A stretch of 42,427 nt of DNA from a virus (lineage: Duplodnaviria > Caudoviricetes): the IMG/VR virus record IMGVR_UViG_3300017785_004324, positions 1 to 42,427 of that record; one strand, 5' to 3'. The position numbers and the translations under genes were made by a program. Within the stretch, counting starts at the first letter, position 1; every line of letters begins with the position of its first letter. Below are positions 1 to 10,769 of this stretch, in pieces. The notes beneath the pieces are model-generated. The model saw only the letters and a program-made list of their open reading frames with translations. It was not told where the DNA came from and did no database searches.

Positions 1-17
1 AAAGTGGTGGAATTAAA

Positions 18-683
18 ATGAAATATTTAACATTTTTAAATTCTGGTTGTACTGATATATGTAAAAATATGCTATTATCAGCACACCGAGTTGGTATAAA
101 TGTGGATAATTTTTATATTGCATGTATGGATTCAGAATCATATTTAAATTTAAAACACTATAAAAATTGTTTTTTATTCGATGAGCAAAAAATAATGGAA
201 TACCAGAACTGGTCGTTTGATCCATACAGTGGATTTAGACAGATAGTAAAAAATAAATGGAAATTGATCAAAAAAATTTACAAAAATAATAAAGAATTAT
301 GTTGGGTAGATACTGATATTGTATTTAAAAAAAATCCAGAAGAGGTAATAAGTAATAATGATAGAATATTATTTCAATGTGATCTTCCAGGAAGTTTACT
401 ATGTTCTGGTTTTATGGTTTTCAATAATACAACTAAATGTTCTGAATTAATAGACGAATGTGGTAATAATGATATAGAAGATGATCAAATTTTAATAAAT
501 AATATAGCTTTAACAAAATATAAAAATAATATTGCATTATTGAACCAAGATTATTTTCCAAATGGAAATATTTACTATAATCAAAATAGAAAAGAACATG
601 CATATATTATTCATAATAATCATATGATTGGAATTGATACTAAAATTTCTAAATTTAAAGAAGAAGGTAATTGGTTTTTATGA
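18..683 (+). CDS. Nucleotide-diphospho-sugar transferase (GT-A fold glycosyltransferase)
   Basis: DxD motif (WVDTDIV), LCSGFM, DDQ, FPNG and HNN motifs typical of the Nucleotid_trans/GT77-like family; lies in a sugar cluster. Confidence 0.7.
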   Translation: MKYLTFLNSGCTDICKNMLLSAHRVGINVDNFYIACMDSESYLNLKHYKNCFLFDEQKIMEYQNWSFDPYSGFRQIVKNKWKLIKKIYKNNKELCWVDTDIVFKKNPEEVISNNDRILFQCDLPGSLLCSGFMVFNNTTKCSELIDECGNNDIEDDQILINNIALTKYKNNIALLNQDYFPNGNIYYNQNRKEHAYIIHNNHMIGIDTKISKFKEEGNWFL

Positions 684-1435
684 TTAAATTTAAAAAATTA
701 TATTTGGAATATTGGAAATGTCCAGATGAAAAAAGAGATTTAGAGATATTGGAAGCCATTCAAAAAAATATAGAATCTAATTTATTTAATCAAATTACAA
801 TATTTTATGAAAAAAATGCTATACCAAAAATAAATAATATAAAAAATACTATATTTGTTGAAACTAATAGATTAAAATTAAATGAGATTCTACAATATAT
901 AAGCTATAAATCCTCTGATCATGATGTAAATATTTTAGCATGTAGTGATATTATTTTTGATGATACCATTAATTATTCTTTAACTATAAAACATGATGAA
1001 TTTTATGCAATAACTAGACATGAAAATAATGGATTATTGCACAATCCAAACAATCCATATGGAACATCTCAAGATTGTTGGATATTTTTAGGAAAATTTA
1101 AAGGCGAGTTAGAAAAGTATGATTTTTATTTTTTTGGAATACCAGGAGCAGATGGAAAAATTGCATTTAATAGCATAGATTACTATTATGTTAAAAATCC
1201 ATGTAAATCCATAAAACTATACCATAATCATAATACAGATATTCGTATTGGTGATTCAGATCAAACAAAACACCACACAAAAATATCTACACCACATCTT
1301 TTCGTAAAAAAAGCCTTTATTGAGGATTTATTCGAATATACAAATTACTTATTATGGGATGAGACTGTTGGACATTGTTTGTTTAATGGTACAAGTAAAA
1401 ATTTTCCATGTCTAAAAAATAAGGGAGCAAAATGA
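671..1435 (+). CDS. Hypothetical protein, glycosyltransferase-like
   Basis: CSDIIFD, SQDCWIF, GIPGADG and HNH motifs resemble GT-A-like proteins of viral glycosylation loci; overlaps neighbouring genes. Confidence 0.5.
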   Translation: MVFMIKFKKLYLEYWKCPDEKRDLEILEAIQKNIESNLFNQITIFYEKNAIPKINNIKNTIFVETNRLKLNEILQYISYKSSDHDVNILACSDIIFDDTINYSLTIKHDEFYAITRHENNGLLHNPNNPYGTSQDCWIFLGKFKGELEKYDFYFFGIPGADGKIAFNSIDYYYVKNPCKSIKLYHNHNTDIRIGDSDQTKHHTKISTPHLFVKKAFIEDLFEYTNYLLWDETVGHCLFNGTSKNFPCLKNKGAK

Positions 1436-1986
1436 GTTTAGTATTAAATATGAGGCAAGGTAGTGGTATTTCTGGATTAAATAATCTATGTTCTTTTGTT
1501 AAAACAGAACTTGGTGAATATTTAAATATAGTTGAAATTGGGTCATATTGTGGTGCTAGCACACAAATAATAGCAAATAATTTTATTAATAGTAAAATTA
1601 ATGCAGTTGATCCATGGCAAAGTTATACCGAAGAGGGTAATACATATGATTTAAATAGACAAGCATTGGAGTTGCAGGAAGCTGAGATAATTTTTGATAA
1701 AATTATAATAAATTATAAAAATATAATAAAAAATAAATGCTCTAGTGTTGATTATGTAAATAAAATAGAAGATGAAAGTGTTGATTTTGTCTATATCGAT
1801 GGAAATCATCAATACACTTCTGTTATAGAAGATATTAAAATATGGTATCCAAAAGTTAAAAAAAATGGTATAATATCTGGACATGATTGGTCATGGGATA
1901 CTGTAAGAAAAGCAGTTCTTGATAGCTTTAATAATAAAATGCCAAATGCATTATTTGAAGATACAAGTTGGTTATATAAAAAATAA
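1432..1986 (+). CDS. Class I SAM-dependent methyltransferase (Methyltransf_24-like)
   Basis: VEIGSYCGAS, AVDPW, FVYIDGNHQY and GIISGHDW motifs. Confidence 0.85.
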   Translation: MSLVLNMRQGSGISGLNNLCSFVKTELGEYLNIVEIGSYCGASTQIIANNFINSKINAVDPWQSYTEEGNTYDLNRQALELQEAEIIFDKIIINYKNIIKNKCSSVDYVNKIEDESVDFVYIDGNHQYTSVIEDIKIWYPKVKKNGIISGHDWSWDTVRKAVLDSFNNKMPNALFEDTSWLYKK

Positions 1987-1988
1987 AC

Positions 1989-3149
1989 ATGAATACTGAG
2001 AACTTAGAATGGAAGTTGATGCATGATGATGCGATAACTTCGAATGATCGTAAAAAAATGTGTGAATTTATTCTTAGTAATAAAAAATTATCATATGGAG
2101 AAAAAGTAAAAGAATTTGAAAAAAAATGGTCAGAGTGGCAGGGGTGTAAATATAGTGTATTTGTAAATTCTGGATCATCTGCCAATTTATTAATTGTGCA
2201 GGCAGCTCATGATTTATATGGCCATGGAAATTGGCTAGCGCAGAGTTGTACATGGGCTACAAATGTGGCTCCTATATTACAATTAAAAAAAGATTCTTCT
2301 GGTGTATACTTAACAGATACAGATCTTTCTACATTAGGACCGAATATTGAACAACTAAAAAAATATATTTTAGATAATAAAATAAAATATATTTTTTTAA
2401 CCCATTTATTGGGAATTCCATCTGTTAGTGATATTTTATTAGATCTATGTGAGAAACATAATATAATTTTATTTGAAGATTGTTGCGAATCTCATGGCAG
2501 CACATGGAAAAATAAAAAAGTGGGAACATTTGGAAAAGCATCTACATTTTCATTTTTTTATGGACACCACATAACAACAATAGAAGGTGGTATGATTTGT
2601 ACAGATGATGAAGAGTTATATCATCATCTTTTATTATTACGATCTCATGGTCTTTTAAGAGAATTGCCAGAATTGGAAAAACAAAAAAGAAAAGTGTTAG
2701 ATATTGATGAAAGATTTACATTTTTATGCTCTGGTTATAATGTTAGAAATACAGATTTACATGCTGTTCTAGGAATAGAACAAATGAAAAGATTGGAAAC
2801 AGCAATATCGATAAGAGAGAAAAATTTTAAATATTATTTAAATAAAATTAATAGAAAAAAATATATTTCTGATTTTAATAGTGATGGTGTTAGTTTATTT
2901 GCATTTCCAATTATAACAAAAAATAAAAACATAAAAAATATAATAGAAATATTAACTAGCAATAAAATAGATAATAGACCTCTTATAGCTGGAAATTTAT
3001 TTAGACATCCTATGATGAAAAGTGTTAATACTTTTAGAAATGATACTATTTCGAATTTTATCCACGATAATGGATTATATGTCGGAAATAATGAATTTAT
3101 AACTGAAAATGATATTGATAGACTTGTTAATTTATTAAATAATATTTAA
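1989..3149 (+). CDS. DegT/DnrJ-family PLP enzyme, ColD/E1-like 4-keto-6-deoxy-sugar 3-dehydratase
   Basis: VNSGSSANLL, EDCCESHG, SFFYGHHITTIEGG; His rather than Lys at the PLP-site position is the hallmark of 3-dehydratases. Confidence 0.8.
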   Translation: MNTENLEWKLMHDDAITSNDRKKMCEFILSNKKLSYGEKVKEFEKKWSEWQGCKYSVFVNSGSSANLLIVQAAHDLYGHGNWLAQSCTWATNVAPILQLKKDSSGVYLTDTDLSTLGPNIEQLKKYILDNKIKYIFLTHLLGIPSVSDILLDLCEKHNIILFEDCCESHGSTWKNKKVGTFGKASTFSFFYGHHITTIEGGMICTDDEELYHHLLLLRSHGLLRELPELEKQKRKVLDIDERFTFLCSGYNVRNTDLHAVLGIEQMKRLETAISIREKNFKYYLNKINRKKYISDFNSDGVSLFAFPIITKNKNIKNIIEILTSNKIDNRPLIAGNLFRHPMMKSVNTFRNDTISNFIHDNGLYVGNNEFITENDIDRLVNLLNNI

Positions 3150-3150
3150 C

Positions 3151-3873
3151 ATGAAAAATATAATAAAAAAAATAATAGAAGTATCCTATCTAAACAAAGA
3201 AGGACATATACCAAGTTCGTTATCTGTTTTGGATATTCTATATTGCATGTATGAAAATATGTCAAAAAAAGATATTTTCATATTATCTAAAGGCCATGCA
3301 TCTTTAGGATTGTATGCTATTCTTGAGCATTTTAATTTATTAACTGTTGAAATTAATTCTTTTTGTAAATTTAATTCAGTTTTAGGTGGACATCCAACAA
3401 TTTCTATTGATAATGTTGAAGCATCTACAGGATCACTTGGACATGGTATGCCAATTGCATTTGGTATGGCATTATCTAAAAAAATAAAAAATAATGATGG
3501 AATTGTATATGTTTTAATTGGCGATGGTGAAGCTAATGAAGGAACTATATGGGAAACAGCATTATTGGCAGCAAATCATAAAATGAATAACTTAATATGT
3601 CTGATGGATAATAATCATTCTACAGATAGAGCATTAAATATTAATGATATAACAGCAAAATTTAAAAGTTTTGGGTGGGATACATTGGAAATAAATGGCC
3701 ATAATACTGAAGAAATTAAGTTGGCTATATTGTTTAAAACAAGTAAACCACTTTTTATTTTATGTAATACAATAAAAGGAAAAGGTTGTCATTTGATGGA
3801 AAATAATCCAGAATGGCATCATAAAATTCCAAATGAAAATGAATATAATGAACTCATGAAAGATTTGATATGA
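3151..3873 (+). CDS. Transketolase-like protein, N-terminal TPP-binding subunit
   Basis: GHIPS, LSKGHA, STGSLGHG, GDGE...EG..WE, TIKGKG. Confidence 0.9.
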   Translation: MKNIIKKIIEVSYLNKEGHIPSSLSVLDILYCMYENMSKKDIFILSKGHASLGLYAILEHFNLLTVEINSFCKFNSVLGGHPTISIDNVEASTGSLGHGMPIAFGMALSKKIKNNDGIVYVLIGDGEANEGTIWETALLAANHKMNNLICLMDNNHSTDRALNINDITAKFKSFGWDTLEINGHNTEEIKLAILFKTSKPLFILCNTIKGKGCHLMENNPEWHHKIPNENEYNELMKDLI

Positions 3874-4745
3874 GAAAGCAATTTGTTAAAAGTTTGCAAT
3901 CAATATTATATAATGATAAAAATACAACATTATTGTTAGGTGATATTGGAGTATTTGCATTTAGAAATGAATTCAATAATATACCAGATAGAATCTACAA
4001 TATAGGTATTCTGGAACAAACAATGATTGGTGTCGCTGCTGGTATGTCAAAAAGTGGATTGATACCTTTTGTTCATACTATAGCTCCATTCTTAGTTGAG
4101 AGAGCATATGAGCAATTAAAAATAGATTTTGGATATCAAAAATTGCGTGGTAATTTTATTAGTGTTGGTGCATCATATGACTATGCAGCACTTGGATGTA
4201 CACATCATTGTCCAGCTGATATATTATTAATGAGTGGTATTCCAGGCATGGAAATATTATTGCCTGGAAATTCCCATGAATTAGATGTACTGTTAAAATC
4301 TACTTATAATAATGAGAATCCAACATATACAAGAATAAGTGAAGATCAACATACATTACAAATAAATATTCAATATGGTAAAGCAAATATCATTAAAAAA
4401 GGATCAGATGCCACCATAATTTGTTATGGACCAATGCTTCAATCGACATATGATGCAGCAAAGGATATGAATGTTACTATAATATATTATTCAACTATAA
4501 TACCGTTTGATGAAAAAACATTAATCGATAATTTTAATGATACATTAATTATTTGTGAACCATTTTATGAGGGAACAACAAATCATATAATAAATTTTGC
4601 TCTCAAAGGTAAAAAATATAAATTATTTAATATTGGAATTCCTAGAAAATTTTTAATAAACTATGGAAATAGAAAAGAACATGATAATAACCTCATGTTA
4701 AATACTGAAGCCTTAACTGAAAGATTTAAACAATGTATAGCATAA
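3870..4745 (+). CDS. Transketolase-like protein, C-terminal subunit
   Basis: NIGILEQ, ERAYEQLK, LGCTHH; ATGA overlap with the N-terminal subunit gene. Confidence 0.88.
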   Translation: MRKQFVKSLQSILYNDKNTTLLLGDIGVFAFRNEFNNIPDRIYNIGILEQTMIGVAAGMSKSGLIPFVHTIAPFLVERAYEQLKIDFGYQKLRGNFISVGASYDYAALGCTHHCPADILLMSGIPGMEILLPGNSHELDVLLKSTYNNENPTYTRISEDQHTLQINIQYGKANIIKKGSDATIICYGPMLQSTYDAAKDMNVTIIYYSTIIPFDEKTLIDNFNDTLIICEPFYEGTTNHIINFALKGKKYKLFNIGIPRKFLINYGNRKEHDNNLMLNTEALTERFKQCIA

Positions 4746-5756
4746 TTGAAAATGATTCTTTGGAGACTATATCACATATAGATTTTATTAAATTAAAAAA
4801 TAAATCTATTTTGATAACTGGAGCATCTGGGTTAATTGGAATTCATTTGGTTTCTTGTCTAAAACAAATTCAAAAACAATATAATATTAACATATATTGT
4901 TGGATTAAATCTGAATTAGATATAAACGCAAAGGAATTTTTTAAAACCTGTAATATAATTAATGGTGATATTACTGATAGTTCTATAATAAAAAATTTAC
5001 ATGAATTTGATTTTATAATACACGCAGCTGGATATGCACAACCATCTAAATTTTTAAAAGATAAAATAACAACAATAGAATTGAATACATCTTCCACAAT
5101 TAAACTTCTCAATAAATTGAAAAAAGATGGAACTTTTTTGTTTATTAGCACTAGCGAATTATATAGTGGATTGACAGTAGAAGGAATAACTGAAAATTTA
5201 ATTGGTAATACAAATACAAATCATCCAAGAGCTTGTTATATTGAAAGTAAAAGGGGCAGGAGAAGCTATTTGTTATGCTTACAAAGAATTAGGACATGAT
5301 ATAAAAATAGCTAGAGTAAGTTCTGCTTATGGTCCAGGTACTAGAGTAAATGATAAACGAGTATTAAATAGTTTAATTGAAAAAGCATTACTTGAGGATA
5401 CAATAACATTAATTGATGATGGATCTGCTAGACGAATTTTTTGTTATATTACAGATGTAGTAGAGATGTTATTCAATATCATGTTGAATTCCAAAGATGA
5501 TGTATATAATGTTTGTGGTATTCATGAATTTAGTATATTAGAATTAGCAAATAAAATAGGATATTTACTAAATAAACCAGTTTCTGTGCCTAAAAATAAT
5601 TCTATTGGAGCTATAGGTAATCCTAAAGCTATGAATATAAGTAATATAAAATATATGAATGAATTTTCTTCTCCCCCCTTAAAGTTTATAGATTTTGAAC
5701 AGGGATTAATTAAAACAATAGAGTGGCAAAAAATATTATTGGAATTAAGTAAATGA
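4733..5756 (+). pseudogene. NAD-dependent epimerase/dehydratase (extended SDR) interrupted by a one-base frameshift at about 5253-5256
   Basis: N-part has ITGASGLIG, HAAGYA, STSELY and YIESK; C-part in another frame continues AGEAIC..ARVSSAYGPG..DDGSARR.FCY; removing one G from AAAAGGGGC joins them. Confidence 0.75.
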
Positions 5757-6661
5757 GTATATTAATAACTGGTGGTGGTGGATTGCTTGGTGAAGCTATT
5801 GAGTTTGGACACAAACCAAGTAAAAATGAATTAAATTTATTAAATTATGAAAAATTATCTAATTATATATTAACAAATAATATAACGGAAATTATTCATG
5901 CTGCTGGTAAAGTTGGTGGTGTAAATGCAAACACAAAATACATCTTTGATTTTTTTAATGATAATTTAGAAATAAATTTAAATATATTAAAAGCATGTAA
6001 AGAATTTAAATTAAATAACAGTACATTTTTTCTTTCTACGTGTATTTTTCCACATAAAGCTAATTTGCCATTGGTAGAAAATTATATCCATCAAGGAGAG
6101 CCGCATTCAACTAATTATGGATATGCATATGCAAAAAGAATGTTGGAGGTTGGAAATAGATGTTTGAATCAACAATATTCGATAAAAACTAGATCAATTA
6201 TTCCATGCAATATGTATGGGAAAAATGATAACTATAATATAGATAATGGACATGTGATACCAAGTTTAATACACAAATGTTATTTGGCAAAACAAACAAA
6301 CACTGATTTTATAGTATGGGGTTCTGGTAAAGCCGAGCGTGAATTTTTATATGCAAATGACATGGCCAAAATATTAAAACATATTCACATAGACAAAAAA
6401 CATGAAATACCAGATTTGATGTTGATATCAGATGGAAAAATATATTCTATTGAACAAATTGTTTATTATATAATTAAAATTTTAAAATTTAATGGAAAAG
6501 TTATTTTTGATTCTAATAAACCAGAAGGTATTTTAAAAAAGAATACAGATAATACTTTATTTAAAGAATATTTTTATAATTTTAAATTTACAGAGATAGA
6601 AACTGGCTTAACAGAAACTATTGAATATTTCGTTAATAACTACGATAATGTGAGAAAATAA
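5753..6661 (+). CDS. fcl: GDP-L-fucose/GDP-colitose synthase-like epimerase-reductase
   Basis: [51 protein letters not shown]...REF. Confidence 0.85.
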   Translation: MSILITGGGGLLGEAIEFGHKPSKNELNLLNYEKLSNYILTNNITEIIHAAGKVGGVNANTKYIFDFFNDNLEINLNILKACKEFKLNNSTFFLSTCIFPHKANLPLVENYIHQGEPHSTNYGYAYAKRMLEVGNRCLNQQYSIKTRSIIPCNMYGKNDNYNIDNGHVIPSLIHKCYLAKQTNTDFIVWGSGKAEREFLYANDMAKILKHIHIDKKHEIPDLMLISDGKIYSIEQIVYYIIKILKFNGKVIFDSNKPEGILKKNTDNTLFKEYFYNFKFTEIETGLTETIEYFVNNYDNVRK

Positions 6662-6666
6662 TATTT

Positions 6667-7701
6667 ATGAAAAAAATAGCAATTATAACGGGAATATCTG
6701 GTCAGGACGGATCATATCTTACTGATTTTCTACTGTCGAAGGAATATGAAGTTCACGGAATTATTAGAAGATCTTCTTCTTTTAATACAGGTAGATTAGA
6801 GCACCATATTCAAAATCCAGAAGTGTATAATAAAACTTTATTTTTACATTATGGCGATCTTACTGATTATACGACAATAGAAAAGCTAATAAACAAGCAT
6901 CATCCAGATGAGATCTATAATCTTGGAGCACAGAGCCATGTTAGAGTTTCATTTGATTCTCCTGTATATACTGGTGAGACTGTTGGTATGGGAACTTTGA
7001 ATGTTCTAGAAGCAATTCGTTCATATGAGCACACCACAGGAAAGAAGATACGATACTATCAGGCTTCATCCAGTGAGATGTTTGGTAAGGTTCAGGAAGT
7101 TCCGCAGAAGGAAACTACACCATTCTATCCAAGATCACCATATGGATGTGCTAAAGTATATGCACACTATCTTACTGTAAACTACAGAGAGTCTTACAAT
7201 ATTCATGCTTCATGTGGAATACTATTCAACCATGAATCCCCTAGAAGAGGAGAGACATTTGTTACTCGTAAGATTACACGTGCGGTTGGCAGAATCTACC
7301 AAGGACTTCAGAAAAAACTGTACCTTGGAAATCTAGATGCAATGAGAGATTGGGGATTTGCTGGTGATTATGTCGAAGCCATGTGGATGATGCTTCAACA
7401 GGAACAACCAGATGATTATGTTGTGGCCACTGGCAAAATGATTTCAGTTAGAGAATTCTGTGAAAAAGCATTTGCAAGATATAATATGGATTATAAAAAT
7501 TATGTTGAGATAGATGAGAAATATTATAGACCAGCTGAGGTTGATCAACTTCTTGGTGATCCAACAAAAGCAAAGGAAAAACTTGGTTGGGAGCCAAAGG
7601 TTGATATAGATGCGCTTATAAATATGATGGTAGACCATGATTTTGGACTTGGACGCAGAGATTTTATGCTTCATGTGCATGATAGCGGCATAGCCAAATA
7701 G
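6667..7701 (+). CDS. gmd: GDP-mannose 4,6-dehydratase
   Basis: [61 protein letters not shown]. Confidence 0.97.
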   Translation: MKKIAIITGISGQDGSYLTDFLLSKEYEVHGIIRRSSSFNTGRLEHHIQNPEVYNKTLFLHYGDLTDYTTIEKLINKHHPDEIYNLGAQSHVRVSFDSPVYTGETVGMGTLNVLEAIRSYEHTTGKKIRYYQASSSEMFGKVQEVPQKETTPFYPRSPYGCAKVYAHYLTVNYRESYNIHASCGILFNHESPRRGETFVTRKITRAVGRIYQGLQKKLYLGNLDAMRDWGFAGDYVEAMWMMLQQEQPDDYVVATGKMISVREFCEKAFARYNMDYKNYVEIDEKYYRPAEVDQLLGDPTKAKEKLGWEPKVDIDALINMMVDHDFGLGRRDFMLHVHDSGIAK

Positions 7702-7738
7702 GATCTTCTTTTCAGTAAAATTATAAAGGATTTATATA

Positions 7739-8935
7739 ATGCATAAATTATGTCTGTCAATGATCGTGAAGAATGAGTCACATATCATCCACGAATGCTT
7801 AAACTCAATTTGGAAAGAAATTGACTACTGGGTAATCGTTGATACTGGATCAACTGATAACACCAAGGAAATAATCACCAATTTCTTCAAGGAAAAGAAT
7901 ATCCCAGGTGAAATTCACGACAGACCATGGGTATCATTCGGACACAATAGAACAGAGGCACTTGACCTATGCAAGGGTAAGGCTCACTATGCATTCATGA
8001 TCGATGCCGACGATTATCTTGTCGGATCACTAGATTTCAAACCAGATCTCAATGTCGATGGATATGTTGTTAGAATGGGTAGGGAGGAATTCTCATGGTG
8101 GAGATCACAGATCTTCAAACTTGAGTCCAACTGGAAGTATGTTGGTGTTCTTCACGAATACGCCATGTGCGAGAAGCCACAACCAAACCTTGGCAGGCTC
8201 ATGGGAGACTACCGTGTTGTGGCAAGAACCGAAGGTGCTAGAAACGTTGGAATCACACCAACTGAGAAATATAAGAAGGATGCTGATGTTCTTGAGAAGG
8301 CTCTGGAGTCTGAGCCAGCAAATTCAAGATACCAATTCTATCTTGCTCAATCGTACTTCGATTCCCAGCAATGGGAAAAGGCAGAAGAGGCATATAAAAA
8401 GCGCGTCACGATGGGTGGTTGGGAAGAGGAAGTCTACTACTCACAATACAGAGTGGCAATCACCATGGCAATGCAAAACAAGTCATGGGAAGATATCCAG
8501 CAGGCTTTTCTTGATGCATTCAATATACGGCCAATTCGAGCCGAACCATTGTTCCATATAGCCCAAATCTACAGAACCAAGTTCAACAAACCAGCACTCG
8601 GATACCTGTTTGCCAAGATGGCTGCTGAGATTCCATTCCCAGCGAATGATATTCTATTCGTTCCAGATATCATCTACAAGTTTGGAATCCTGGATGAGAT
8701 CGCTGCTACGGCCTATTATGCTGGTCAGCCAATTATAGGCCACATGGCCTGTAAGAAGCTTCTCAGCGAGAACAGAGTTCCACAGTCGGAGGTTGGAAGA
8801 ATACAGGCAAATCTGGAGCAGTACGAGAGAATACTGGCTCAGATGCAGCAGATGTATCAAAATGCACCTCAGCCGCAAAAACCAGTAGAGGAAAAGCAGG
8901 AAAAGAAGAAGAAAAAGTTCAAACAACGTAAATAA
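7739..8935 (+). CDS. GT2 glycosyltransferase with C-terminal TPR repeats
   Basis: LSMIVKNE, DTGSTD, FGHNR, IDADD, YVGVLHE, then TPR-like RYQFYLAQSY and RAEPL. Confidence 0.85.
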   Translation: MHKLCLSMIVKNESHIIHECLNSIWKEIDYWVIVDTGSTDNTKEIITNFFKEKNIPGEIHDRPWVSFGHNRTEALDLCKGKAHYAFMIDADDYLVGSLDFKPDLNVDGYVVRMGREEFSWWRSQIFKLESNWKYVGVLHEYAMCEKPQPNLGRLMGDYRVVARTEGARNVGITPTEKYKKDADVLEKALESEPANSRYQFYLAQSYFDSQQWEKAEEAYKKRVTMGGWEEEVYYSQYRVAITMAMQNKSWEDIQQAFLDAFNIRPIRAEPLFHIAQIYRTKFNKPALGYLFAKMAAEIPFPANDILFVPDIIYKFGILDEIAATAYYAGQPIIGHMACKKLLSENRVPQSEVGRIQANLEQYERILAQMQQMYQNAPQPQKPVEEKQEKKKKKFKQRK

Positions 8936-8938
8936 AAG

Positions 8939-8961
8939 AGGCTCCGAAAGGAGCCTTTTTT
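8939..8961 (+). terminator. Rho-independent terminator
   Basis: AGGCTCC-GAAA-GGAGCCT followed by a T run. Confidence 0.9.
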
Positions 8962-8965
8962 CTTA

Positions 8966-8973
8966 GATAAATA
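8966..8973 (+). promoter_or_regulatory. T4-type late promoter-like box (GATAAATA)
   Basis: Near match to T4 late consensus TATAAATA, after a terminator and before structural genes; the same GATAAATA recurs at 29245, 30560 and 39756. Confidence 0.6.
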
Positions 8974-8979
8974 ATCGAT

Positions 8980-9537
8980 ATGCCATTTAATTTTCCGTCA
9001 GTAGCTTCGATTGGTGTCACCTATTCCTTTGGTGATGTCACGTGGGAATATATTGGCTATGCATGGAAAAAACTGGATCTTGGCGAATCCACAACAGTTC
9101 ATTTTTATGAGCAGGATGAAGCACCGACAGGAATGATCGCTGGGGACATGTGGTTTGATACTGATGTTGGTGTATTGTATCATGCTGTCACAGATGATTC
9201 TGGAATTATTTGGGTTGATTTTATTGGAACAGGAACACTTAATGCAATTTATAATACATTTGGTGTTACTGGTGCTACATATTATGCATCGGGAAATGAT
9301 TATTATATCGGAGTAAGTTATCCTGGTCCTGTCACTGTTGTTCTTCCAGTGAATAATGTCATGGGTAAAGAAATGGTAATAAAAGATGAATCTGGTCATG
9401 CAGGAGACGGAGTTCATCGACAGATCACTATACAGGGTTCATCTGGCCAAATGATAGACAGTCATAGCAGTGCTATCATTAATATAAACAATGGAGCATT
9501 GCAGATTATCTACAGGAATGGATGGAGAATCATATGA
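8980..9537 (+). CDS. Putative virion/tail-fibre-associated protein
   Basis: NFP...Y.FG.VTW...G.AW N-terminal module, P....GDMWFDTD.G and IKDESG motifs recurrent in phage fibre proteins. Confidence 0.55.
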   Translation: MPFNFPSVASIGVTYSFGDVTWEYIGYAWKKLDLGESTTVHFYEQDEAPTGMIAGDMWFDTDVGVLYHAVTDDSGIIWVDFIGTGTLNAIYNTFGVTGATYYASGNDYYIGVSYPGPVTVVLPVNNVMGKEMVIKDESGHAGDGVHRQITIQGSSGQMIDSHSSAIININNGALQIIYRNGWRII

Positions 9538-10769
9538 GTTATCTTTTCAATAATCAGGTTGGCTTTGTTCCAAATGCAGTGGATGGCTTCAATCGCCTCA
9601 AGGTTTCTCAACCGTTCACTCTGTTTGATTCACAGCACAGATATCAGGCGAATGACAAGTGGGATACCTTTGGTGTCACTGGTGGAACTGCATCATTTTC
9701 GTTGAGTGAGAGCGTAATTCATATGATGGTGGGAATAACTGCGGGTAGCAAAGTCACTAGAGAGACTAAGCGCGTATTTGCATATCAGCCAGGAAAGTCC
9801 CTGTTGGTGATCAACACATTCGTAATGAACGAACCAAAGGACGGATTGCTACAGAGGGTTGGATACTTTGGAATATCTGGTGGAGCGACGTTCGGAACTC
9901 CTGCTAATGGAGTCTACTTGCAGCAGGATGGGCTAACCCTATCCATATGTCTTGCGAGTCAGTCATTGAATACCATCACCAAAGTGGAGCAAACATCTTG
10001 GAATGGAGATGTGTTCGATGGAGCTGGTGCATCAGGCAGAACAATTGATGTAACGAAGGGAAACATTTTCTGGTCAGACATAGAATGGCTCGGCGTTGGT
10101 GATGTTCGCTCAGGATTCTTTGTTGATGGAAAACCAGTTGTGGCACACACATTCCACAATGACAATATGCATCCAACGACATACATGACCACGGCAGTTC
10201 TTCCATGTAGATATGAACTTGAAAATTTGACAGCACAGGCAAGTGGAAGTACATTGCACCAAATATGCACCACGGTCATGAGTGAAGGTGGATACGAAGG
10301 ATTCAGTAGAAGATACAACATCGCCAAGAATGGTTCGAATCCAACTACATTAACAACTCAGGATGTTCAGTATCCTATGATGGCAATCAGGTTGAATTCA
10401 AATCGTCTTGATTCGGTGATAATTCCATCAAACATAAGCGTTGTTCTTGAACCAGGAACAAACAACAAGCCAGTCACAGTCCAATATAGAATACTTTTGA
10501 ATCCAACTCTAACTGGAGGAACGTGGTCAACGCATTTCAATGGAAATGTCGATTACAATATAACAGCAACCGCTATAACTGGTGGAACCGATATCATCGG
10601 AGGATACATCAGCAGCAGCGGATCACTTGATGTTTCGAATGTAAATGATTTTAACTTTCAACTTGGAAGAACTCAAAAAGGTGTGTCGGACACATTTGTT
10701 CTAACACTAACACCAACTGAAGACGGATTGAATGCTTATTGCGATCTCTCATGGTTTGAACTAGTCTAA
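9534..10769 (+). CDS. Putative virion structural protein
   Basis: Long beta-rich ORF (DGFNRLKVSQPFTLFDS, YQPGKS, IEWLGVG) among structural genes; start placed at the ATGA overlap. Confidence 0.55.
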   Translation: MSYLFNNQVGFVPNAVDGFNRLKVSQPFTLFDSQHRYQANDKWDTFGVTGGTASFSLSESVIHMMVGITAGSKVTRETKRVFAYQPGKSLLVINTFVMNEPKDGLLQRVGYFGISGGATFGTPANGVYLQQDGLTLSICLASQSLNTITKVEQTSWNGDVFDGAGASGRTIDVTKGNIFWSDIEWLGVGDVRSGFFVDGKPVVAHTFHNDNMHPTTYMTTAVLPCRYELENLTAQASGSTLHQICTTVMSEGGYEGFSRRYNIAKNGSNPTTLTTQDVQYPMMAIRLNSNRLDSVIIPSNISVVLEPGTNNKPVTVQYRILLNPTLTGGTWSTHFNGNVDYNITATAITGGTDIIGGYISSSGSLDVSNVNDFNFQLGRTQKGVSDTFVLTLTPTEDGLNAYCDLSWFELV

